Origin: the human T2T-CHM13v2.0 reference genome, Homo sapiens
DNA length: 64,000 bases
Reading direction: 5' to 3' (one strand)
NCBI RefSeq assembly: GCF_009914755.1
Contig: NC_060928.1
A program made the position numbers and the translations under genes. Below the pieces are notes generated by a model. It saw nothing but the letters and a program-made list of their open reading frames with translations, made no database searches and was not told the DNA's origin. Positions 54,096-64,000 of this stretch are shown here, piece after piece. Each line of letters opens with the position of its first letter. The stretch's first letter is position 1.

Positions 54096-55034
54096 CTATA
54101 ATAAAGATAAGAATGATCAATTATATTAAATGCCTGGGATTTGGCACTTATTTCATTTAATCCTCACAGCAATCCTATGTTTAGTGTGCTCTTTTCACGT
54201 CAACATTATCTGCTGTTGTTAAATGTTAAATGAAAATAAGTCAAGGCAGATCTGAGAAAACTATTGAGTACTAGGTTCGTCTTAACTGTGAAAGTGGCCA
54301 TTGTTAGTTGATGGTTATGTATAATTAGTTAGTTTGAGAATGTGGGGTATATATTTCATATTCAAAAGCGAACTCCTGCCTCTGTCAGTCAATATTTGTG
54401 GTCCACCATCATTCTTAGCATCTAGTCCAACGCCTGGCACATATTAGATTATCAATACATAATTGTTAAATTAAATTGAGTACTTATTATATGCCAGACA
54501 TCACTTATTCTGCAAATTGCATTTTATCTGATCTTTGTTCTTAGAAATTATATAAGGGCCTCTGGGAGAAACAGTAAGATTCTGGCCTACTAAGCTTTAG
54601 TGTGCTGTGTCAATAGTAATTGAATCAGGGAACAGGGTCAAAACCAGTCTTAGATGAAGAGTTTTTTCCCTTCTCTGACATAACCCCTCTATTTCTACTC
54701 TGAACCCATCTCTTATTACCCAGGACATTGCTAATAATGATGGGTGGTCCCAAGGTTCTGCCCTTGCATTTCTGCTCCACTAGAAAATACTTGGATTTTT
54801 GAGACTTTAAATAACAGTTCCAGAACTTACTAGCTTGGTAATTTTTGTGAAGTTGCTTACTCTTAATTTCTCAGTTTCTTCTTCTATAAAATTGAGATAA
54901 TGCCAACTTCTATGGTCAAGAAGATTAAATTAAAATGATACATCCAAGAATACCTAAGACAATGAATAAAAGGATAGGAAGCTAGAAACAGGGATAGTTA
55001 CATTTACAGTAAAGCTAGTTAGATAGGAAACATA

Positions 55035-55468
55035 GAAGGTTCTTGGTGCTCCATAGATGTCCCTGACACTCAGCATTTCCTACGTTCTGACTCTCCTTAC
55101 TGCAAGTGCCGGTGACCCTGCTGCAGCCTTTATCTGTCTGTGGGAGCTGACCACACTTGGGTCAGAACAGAAGTGTCAGGGAGTAACACCCCTGGGGTGG
55201 CTCTCAACCAGTGACAGATGGAGGCCATGGATAAATACCACAGGCTCTTGCCTCCCAAGTGAGACAACTCTGAGGCATGATCTATGCTGCCCCTGAGACC
55301 CCCAGGAAGTCTGAGCCCCAGCTGCCCGCAGTGACAACTGACTCACAACACACCCTGTACCGGCTTTCTTTCTTTTTCTGTCTCACTTCTGCACTCACTT
55401 CCCAGTGCTTCCTGGGATCCCTGGATCCTTTTCTCAGCATCTGTTTCTGGAGGGACACATCCCAAAAT
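55035..55468 (+). mobile_element. LTR16-like ERVL LTR
   Basis: ctctcaaccagtgacagatgg...ggataaatacc...gacaactctgaggcatg...gtgcttcctgggatc...tctcagcatctgtttctggaggga. Confidence 0.65.
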
Positions 55469-56545
55469 AGGAAGGACTATTTTCAGTAGTCACTATAAAG
55501 TAGGAGGTGTAACTGTGTGTAACTTTGTGGGGTTACAGGGTGGAGGAGTTGAGAGAAGAAAACGGAGGCTTTTAGGGTAGAAATCCTCTAGAACAGTGAT
55601 TCTCTGTGTTGGCGTGCTAGGGAGTCACCAAGTGTTTTGGAAGTGAAATGGAGAGGTAGGAGGAGCACTGGGGTGGCTCAAGTTAGATGGCTCTGGGAAG
55701 GAAATGAGCCACAGCTTCAAAGTTCCACCTCTTTCTTCAAAGCACAGTTACCTGGAAACACAAACGAAAATGAATGAGAGGAAGATGAAGAATAGGAGCA
55801 ATAAGAAGAGGAGGAGGAAATCCCATCTAATTTTATCTACCACATTGCCACCTTATTACTACTTTACATTTATTTCCATGGGTTCTTTGGAAGTGAAGTC
55901 CAGAATTTAGGGGCACACAGGGAGTCTATGATTCTAGTAAGCAAGGCAGGAAGCAGTGAAGGCAAATAGAATTAGTGAATGAAATGGGATAGATCATGTG
56001 ACGCAGGAGGGGTTCCAGGGAAGCTAGAGATGGGCTTCCTGGGTGGGGTGAAGGAGATGACAGGCTGTGGCTGCAAATGGGATAATAGATCTCAGAAACA
56101 GAGATTACCCTGAGTGTTAACGACACTGACTAAGGCAGGTCAAAGGTGGAGGTCTTCAACCCAGGAAATACCTCTGGGGTAAAGGAATCTAAAAGGTTAA
56201 TGTGGATTCCAGAGTCAATATAGATTATGGCAAAGGGCAGGGCAGAGGAGCAGGACTGAGTCCGCTGCTGAAGTAAGCTTGGGAAGTGAGGATGGAATCT
56301 GGTGAGTCACAGCATTGAGAACTGCACAGTCTTCAACTGGGCAGAGGGTGAGAGTGGGTGAGGGTAGTTCAAGGGTGAGAAAGCACACTGGAGGGAGGAA
56401 AGAGCTGGCCGCTCCACCTCACCCGCTGACTTGAGCAGAGAAGATAAGGCTATCATGCTGAAAACAGTTGGGAGAACAGTGATTTCACAGGAGAGCATCT
56501 TTCAGGCCAGACGGCAGAAGAAAGAGGATCCATGTGAATGGGGAC

Positions 56546-56915
56546 TGTGATGGTTAATTTTCTGTGTCAAATTGGCTAGACCACAGTATTTGTTTAAATA
56601 TTATTCTAATTGTGTCTGTGAGAGTATTTTTTAAATGAGATTGCCATTTAAATCAGTAGACTTTGAGTAAAGCAGATTATCTTCCATAATGTGGGTGGCT
56701 CTCATCTGATCAGCTGGAGGCCTTAACAGATAAAGACTCCCTCTCCTTCCCATTAGGCAGAGAGAATTTTGCCAGCAGACTGCCTTTAGACTTGACCAGC
56801 AATACCAACTCTTCCCTGGGGCTCCAGGTGACCAGCTCACTCTGAAGATTTTGGACTTGCCTGCCTGTACAATAACGTGAGCCAATTCCTAAAATAAATC
56901 TCTGTCTCTCTCTCT
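56546..56915 (+). mobile_element. MLT2 (MLT2B-like) LTR lacking its 3' end
   Basis: tgtgatggttaattttctgtgtcaa...aaatcagtagactttgagtaaagcagatt...gtgagccaattcctaaaataaatctct. Confidence 0.8.
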
Positions 56916-57245
56916 TGCTATATATATATGTGTGTGCGTGTGTGTATTTCTCTCTCTATATATAATAAATACATATATAATACATACTATATATGTATGA
57001 AGGTATATGTATCTCTCTATATGTATATATAGAATTTCTCTAGATATATGTGTATATATAGAGAGAGCTATTATATAGCTATATATAGAGAGAGAGCTAT
57101 TATATAGCTATATATATAGAGAGAGCTATTATATAGCTATATATATAGAGAGAGCTATTATATAGCTATATATATAGAGCTATTATATAGCTATATATAT
57201 AGAGCTATTATATAGCTATATATAGAGAGACCTATATATAGAGAA
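56916..57245. repeat. TA-rich low-complexity tract containing a 25-29 bp minisatellite
   Basis: Six copies of gagctattatatagctatata starting at 57065, 57094, 57123, 57152, 57177 and 57202. Confidence 0.92.
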
Positions 57246-57248
57246 AGC

Positions 57249-57625
57249 GAATACTACTCAGCCATAAAATAAAAATTACTACTCAGTAATGAATTAATGG
57301 CATTCACAGCAACCTGGATGGGATAGAAGACTATTATTCTAAGTGAGTAACTCAGGAAGGAAAATAAAACATCATATGTTCTCACTCATAAGTGGGAGCT
57401 AAGCTATGAGGATGCAAAGGCATAAGAATGGCACAATGGACTTTGGGGACCTGGGGGGAAAGGTGGGAGGGGGTGAGGGATATAAGACTGCAAATTGGGC
57501 TCAGTGTACACTGATTGGGTGATGGATGCACCAAAATCTCACAAATCACCACTAAAGAACTTACTCATATAACCAAACACCACCTACTCCCCAAAAATCT
57601 ATGAAAATAAAAAAATTTAAAAAAT
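57249..57625 (+). mobile_element. L1PB1-like 3' end
   Basis: gaatactactcagccataaaa...aagtgggagctaagctatgaggatgcaaaggcataagaatg...caccaaaatctcacaaatcaccactaaagaact. Confidence 0.88.
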
Positions 57626-58339
57626 ATATACTCGTCTTTATCCCAACACAGTCATAAAATTTTTAATTTTTTTAATGGAGGAAGGGGCCCATCAAAGCAA
57701 GAGTGTCTAAGGCCAATGAACATGCTAACGCAGCCCTGAAAGCCATTCCCGCTGCTGCCTTTGTAATTGCCTTCTCACGCCCATGAAACTGGTGACTAGA
57801 TACTGGCGTTTACTGCAGAAAAAGCTCATTGGGCAACAGAGAGCAAGAAAAGCAGGAAGTGATTCTGCCTCATTTTCACCTTCCTGACTCATGCAAGAGC
57901 ATCTAATCCAGCCATAGATGAGTTCTGGGGCTAGAAATCTAAATGGATTTTAGATTTCTAGTCTCTGCAGTACTGGAAGACACGCATGAAGGAAGCTGGA
58001 ATGGACGCTGGGTGCCTGTCTCACTGCATCCACCACAATTGTGTTGGTTAGTAGGACTACTACAGGGCCACACACTAGAGGAAGGGAGAGACTGAAGGCA
58101 CTGATATAAAATCAGTTAAACTTTGCTGAAAATGAAGGAAATGTTGCTTCACTCTCCAAGGAATACTTGTGTTTCTGTGCAGATCAGATCCTGGTTCCAT
58201 CCAAATCAGAACAGATGCTATTAACACACTGAGCCAGTATATTTCCCCCTGCCTAATTCAGGTAGCAAAAAATTCACAAATAAGGAGATGGGGACAATTC
58301 ATATTCAAGTAAATAACAGCTTCCAGCTTCTTTTTCCAT

Positions 58340-58775
58340 TTTTCCTTCCCTTTGATCTCATCTCCTACCACTCTTCCTCTTCCTCACTGTGCTCCAGCAA
58401 CCCCTAAAGCATGCCAAATATACTCCCACCTCAGGGTCTTTGCACTTGCTAGTCCAAAGCAGGAAATAGCCTGACTTTGTCTCTGACCTCCTGCAGGTCT
58501 CTCTTCAAAAGCCATCTCACTCACAGCTATCCTATATAAAAGAGCAACCTGAAGCACCCCCTCTTTCTCACTCTACTTTTCTACACAGGACTTGTCACCT
58601 TTGGACACACTCTGTTTTACATGTTTATTTGCTCATGACATATCCACCCATCTGGAAAATAAACTCTAAGAAGACCAGATCTTCGATTTGTTCACTGTTG
58701 TATCCTCAGCACCTGTAGTAGTGTCTGGTGCTTATTAAGTGCTCAAAAGTATTTGTAAATAAATGAATGAATAAT
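58340..58775 (+). mobile_element. L2 3' fragment
   Basis: cctcagggtctttgcacttgct...tgttcactgttgtatcctcagcacct...gtgctcaaaagtatttgtaaataaatgaatgaat. Confidence 0.7.
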
Positions 58776-59065
58776 TAATATTAATATCTTGCCTCTCCTT
58801 TTCTCCCAGTTCAATTCATTTTAGCTGCTGTGGTCACCTTCAAAGTTTCTTGAGAGAGAGAGTTTGTGTTTAGGTCATGTCAATTAGGTCATGCACACTG
58901 AACTGAAACTGAGATGAATGACATCATCAGTCATCAAAATTTAGGTTAAACATTTCCTCAGTAGTTATTCAATATTTTATACATGAGGACAGACCGAAAG
59001 AGAAGTACTTGCTTAGGGCCACACAGGGCCAAAGTTTAGGTCTCCTAATTCTGAGCCCAGAGTAG

Positions 59066-59386
<321 letters not shown>

Positions 59387-59518
59387 GGCCAGAGTATTTT
59401 CTGCTACATGTCATAGCAATGTCTATGCTTTTGGTATTCTTATTACCAGGAATATTTGAGAAAAAATGACTAATATGGGCAATCCTCAATTTTATTATTA
59501 TTATATTATATTATATAT

Positions 59519-59641
59519 ATTTTTAGAGATGAGTTTTCATCATGTTGCCCAGGCTGGTCTCGAATTCTTGAGCTCAAGCAATCTGCCTGCCTCAGCCTCC
59601 CAAAGTGCTGGGATTACAGGCGCAAGCCATCAGGCCCAGCC
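59519..59641 (-). mobile_element. Alu left monomer (FLAM-like)
   Basis: tagagatgagttttcatcatgttgcccaggctgg...caggcccagcc. Confidence 0.82.
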
Positions 59642-61936
59642 CTCTCTTTTATTTTTGTTGAGCTTAGAAAATGACATGGCTTTCTGTCTTCACTTATATA
59701 TAGCCTAAGTATTGGCATCATGAGTTCTACAACCTCACTTATGAAAGGAATTAGTTTGTGCCTGTTCTCTAGTCACTTCCCCCCTTTTAAAAGACAATGA
59801 TCTGTTGAGAAGAACCAGCACCACCTACCAACTTTGTTTAAATTCCTATAAGTACTAGTAACAAAACAATTTTACCAAATTATTATTATTCACTATGATC
59901 CTGACATCCATTGAGGTGACATCCAATTAGGCAATGTTAGTTCCTGGAAAACTGAAACACTCATCATTTTGGCAAATGAAAAGTAATTGCTGGATTCACT
60001 AGCCAGGGCACAGACAAAATTCATCTGGTCCTGAGAAATATCAAAGCTTTGAATTTTTAAGTAAAAGTCTAAAAATGTCTGGTGCTGAAACCATTATTGC
60101 CAACTAAGTGGTCCTGTATACTGAATTTTTCTGACTCAAAAGAATTCCTATAGTATCCCACCACCCCCGACCCCGTACCTCATTCTTGTTTCTGTGAGGC
60201 TGGCAATCAGAAAAGTGAGTCATTAGTTAGGCTTAACTTTTGGACAGGTGTATTATTTGCAAACAGATTGTACCTGAAAATTCTATTCTGAGATTTGAAA
60301 GAATTGTAGCGGGATTTTCCTGGGATACATTTGCAATGACACTTGACAGAGAGAAGAAGGAAGATATCTGTCTAGATAGCTAGAGGGAATCTCAGCAGTG
60401 TTAAGGCCATCTAGAACATCAAATCTCATTGGGGAAAATTCTGGAAGACCTGCTAGTGAGCAAAGTAAGAGACCAGCAGTAGGGGCTAATCTATCCTAGG
60501 GATGAGAGGAGGCTTCCTCTCATCACTCACCTGAAGGAGAATGGTACCAAATGAAGCATTTTAGACTAGGAGAATGCAGCTAACTCCTAGTGAAGTGACT
60601 TTCAGTTTAGTTTCGTTTTGTTGTAGCCAATCCTATTGTTATATGCAGTGTAACTCTCTGGGAAATAGCTATAATTTCACTAATTTCTCTCCCTCTTGAA
60701 GAAGAGTATGGGAATGCAATTGAATGAGAGTATAATATTATAGGATATTGTACTTAAGATCCTTCTGTATGATAAAGACAGAAAATCCTACTTATGCAAG
60801 GGAGGAAATTTACTGGATTGTGTAACTGAAAATCCAGGGATAGTATGGGCTTTAGGCACAGCTGGATTCAGGGTTCAAAATGTATCACTAGGTCATGGAT
60901 TTCCTTCATCTTTCAGCTCTGCCTTCCACAGATTGGTTTTAGTCTCAGGTTCTACATGGGAGCAAGCTGACTAAACAGAAGTGCCAGCTTCCTATTGTCC
61001 CAGGTTCAAGTCCACTGGGAAAGAGTGCCTGCCTGGAGGATGCCAGACTCTCATTGGCCAGAGTGCCTCTGGGAAGGGGATGGGGAAGGGGAAAATCCCA
61101 TAACCACTGGCATTGAGTACAGGGATGGAGTAAATCACTAATTAAAAAGTGGAAAGTGTAACAAAGAATGTCACAAGGAAAGGCCAAGTAACCAGAATGT
61201 TCATAAAATAGGGAAAACTTAATATCTGTTCATATTCAAATTCACTGCATTGAATATTGTGTGACATCCCATAACAGAGGAGATAGCAATGTGTTTTCAC
61301 CAAGGTTGAGAGGACGGGCAACATTGGGCTGGTGGAAAGGAATATAGAACTACGCTTCAGGATCGCTGAGTAATCATCTTGTTTGACCACTAAGTTTCTC
61401 ATGTGATACTGAGTAATTCATCTCACCTTTCAGGTTCTCAGGCTTTTTTTTTTTTTTCCATCTGTTAAACAGAATTGCCTGTGTTACTTATCTTACTGGG
61501 TTACTGTGTAGCTGAAATCAAATAAAACATTTAATAATAGTTTTATTAATTTATCATGAGACATATTTCCAAACAGATATTATGTATTTTGTTTCAATAA
61601 AGGATGATGAGGCAAATCTACCCAGTGATTTTTCACTTCTGAGGGTTGTGCAGTTCTTGAATTCCTGACTGCAAAACTGAAGCAAGTTTCTTTCACTGAT
61701 TCAACAAGTGAGTCCAAAGTTTAATCAGATATTCATTTACTGACCTTTTACTAAAAAAGAACATTTGAGGAATTAGCACAAGATCTGAGATGAAGGTAAT
61801 CCACAGACAGATTTTTCTTTCATTTGTATTCATTTGATCGAAAATGTGTTTGAGCACCTACAATGTGATGAACAATATAGATGTGGTCCTGCATTCATGG
61901 AGCTTAGAGTCAAAGTGACATTAAAATATTAAACTA

Positions 61937-62092
61937 AGCTGGGCGAGGTGACATACGTCAGCTACTCAGGAGGATGAAGCAGAAGGATAGCTTGAGCCCA
62001 GGAGTTTAATGCTGTAGTGTGCAATGATCATGCCTGTGAATAACCCCTGCACTTCAGCCTGGGCAATACAGCAAGACCCTGTCTCTAAAAAT
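61937..62092 (+). mobile_element. Alu monomer (FRAM/FAM-like) within an L2 fragment
   Basis: agctgggcgagg...cagctactcaggagg...cagcctgggcaatacagcaagaccctgtctctaaaa. Confidence 0.75.
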
Positions 62093-62786
62093 ATACATAT
62101 TCAACTAACAATCAAATGAAGAAATATATAATTACCAACTGACAAAAGCTATAAGACATTAGAGAAGCCTCTCTGGTTTAGTGACAGATAATCTGAAACC
62201 CAAATGATGAGTAGACTTAATCATTAGGAAATTGTGATGGTGAGGGAGGGGACTCGAAATCAGAAATGTTCCAAACAAAGTAAAATGCTGTTGAAGATGT
62301 TCCATATTGGATGCCTGTTGTTTTTGTTCACTCAACATCCCTATCCCCATTCTTTTGGTAATCTAAATTCTTGTAGTTTAGGCTGCTACGTGACCAAGAC
62401 CTGCTGCAGTACTCTTTTCTCCAGGGTATTGATCAGTTCAGGAATGGACACTTGTTTTAACCTAGCCAGACAAAGTGTTGTTCTCTGGAGCCTTTCTTGT
62501 ATAATATCAGGAAAAACTGAATCATTTAGCTGCAGTTATTAAGCTGAGAATGTGTCATGGTGTGAGAGTCAGCCAACTGTATAGTTAGAGGGAGCACAGT
62601 CTACATAAGACTACCTACTTCCAACACCAACAGCAAGCTCAGGAGGTTCCCAAAACATACCTTTGATAATTCACTGGAAGAATTCACAGAGCTCACAGAA
62701 AGTTGCTGTACTCATGGTTACAGCTGACTGCAGGGAAAGAATACAAGTCAAATGCAGGCCAAGGAAGAGACACATGGGCCTGGAAG

Positions 62787-62901
62787 TGAAGTGGTATCAT
62801 TGTCTAGGGTAAATACCCTGCGTTCATTGTCTCACATCAAGATTAAGGACATGGACAGACACACAGGGAGTGAGTTTAAGAGCAGAGGTTTAACAGGCAA
62901 A

Positions 62902-62942
<41 letters not shown>

Positions 62943-63424
62943 TGCCTGAAAAGGAAGTACAGTGTGTAGTGGGAGGGCACTGGATTTTATAGACACGCTT
63001 GAGGAGGCAGTGTCTGATTTGCATAGGGCCCACAGATTGGTTGGACCAGGTGTGATGTTTACATACAGGGTGGGGAAGGCTGGTCACCCCACCCTAATCT
63101 GATTATGCAAATGGGCTTTCCACTTGGCTGGCACCATGTTGTCTGCTCCTTACTGTACATGTATCTGGCAAAGAGAAGGGAAGATACAGCTGTTATTTTG
63201 AACATGCTTAGTCCCAGGTAGCCTTTTCCTATGGGCACAGCTGCCAGCGTTCACCCGTGCAAGCTTCTAGCTTTCTCTTCTATGTCTGCAGCTCAATTTT
63301 CCAGGCTGCGCTTTGTTACAAAATAAATGATTTGGTGGCTGCTTTTCATTAAAAGGAAAACCTTACTGAGGACTTCCTTACCCTCACTATCTGCGTAAAT
63401 AATTTCTTTTTAACTCCTATATCA
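62787..63424 (-). mobile_element. MER51-family ERV1 solo LTR with internal (GA)n
   Basis: Reverse complement starts tgatataggagttaaaaagaaattatttacgcagatagtgagggtaaggaagtcctcagtaagg; 4-bp TSD GAAG at 62783-62786 and 63425-63428. Confidence 0.8.
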
Positions 63425-63594
63425 GAAGGTGCCAGATGTGGAGCTTCCAGTTGTCCTCTCCCCATGGAGTCAGGACAGCATTACTGTCCTGGAGTAAGTT
63501 TGTGACGGTATGCAAAGTACTGCCACACAGAAAATTCTCTCAAGCCTCAGGGTCCAGAGTTTTACTGGAGCTCCATACAGGCAAAATTGATTAG

Positions 63595-63672
63595 CCACGT
63601 GACTGATTTCAGTCTCCAGTACCCAAAGTCCCCACGTGACTGATTTCAGTCTCCAGTACCCAAAGTCCCCAC
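63595..63672. repeat. Perfect 37-bp tandem duplication
   Basis: ccacgtgactgatttcagtctccagtacccaaagtcc twice, followed by ccac. Confidence 0.95.
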
Positions 63673-64000
63673 CTTAAGTAACCTTGGTGGTGTGGCTCAA
63701 AGCCACAATCACAAAGCTCTAAATCACATTGTTACTATCTGGCTGGCCCAAGGCCCCCAGGCAAACAGAGACACTCTTGTCAGGCATGACATTCCAAGGA
63801 CCTAAAGATTACCTCCCAGAAACCAAGAGCAAAGGCCAGATCACTCTTTGAGTAAGGTTCATTCCTTACTTCACAAACAGTCATCTCTGACAGTGAATAT
63901 TCTGCCTCCATAATGACAGTCTGTGATAAGAAGGAATTAAATCAAAGATAAGCAGAGTTAAAAGATGAAGCAACAGAGCAATAAGGTCATAATTTGAGTT

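Larger units (their letters stand above)
62575..63875. mobile_element. MER21-like LTR split by a MER51 LTR
   Basis: acataagactacctacttccaacacc...gaattcacagagctcacagaaag; resumes gtggagcttccagttgtcctctcccc...cctcccagaaaccaagagcaaaggccaga. Confidence 0.65.

Noticed and set aside
58872-58891. AGGTCA direct repeat with 8-bp spacer
   Set aside because: Probably a short local duplication; the spacing is not a classical DR1-DR5 and there is no other support.
59901-59930. Short imperfect repeat tgacatcca x2 (similar ones at 5845-5890 and 51912-51939)
   Set aside because: Too short to distinguish from ordinary slippage or chance.

Overview
Primate (very likely human) genomic DNA. It carries coding exons 3-13 of annexin A3 (ANXA3) on the + strand at 6749-43697. 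The eleven exons total 957 nt, all have GT-AG boundaries, phases join, and they translate to residues 6-323 of ANXA3. The 3'UTR and AATAAA lie at about 44.0 kb, followed by about 20 kb of downstream intergenic DNA. Exons 1-2 lie upstream of the window. The rest is mostly interspersed repeats: Alu, L1, L2, MIR, MER5/MER20, and solo LTRs (MLT1, MLT2, THE1, LTR8, MER41, MER21, MER51, LTR16). Repeat family names come from my recall of consensus sequences, not a database search. No supplied ORF represents an independent gene. I see no evidence for a new multi-gene system. The most unusual observations are: (i) an ~80-bp templated insertion inside one Alu that preserves the empty pre-insertion site of a neighbouring Alu; (ii) a pre-miRNA-sized hairpin in intron 12; (iii) a near-perfect AT-rich palindrome downstream; (iv) a perfect 37-bp duplication that doubles an E-box; (v) exon 3 bracketed by antisense ERV1 LTRs and inverted Alus; (vi) cryptic exon and intronic polyadenylation signals in intron 9.
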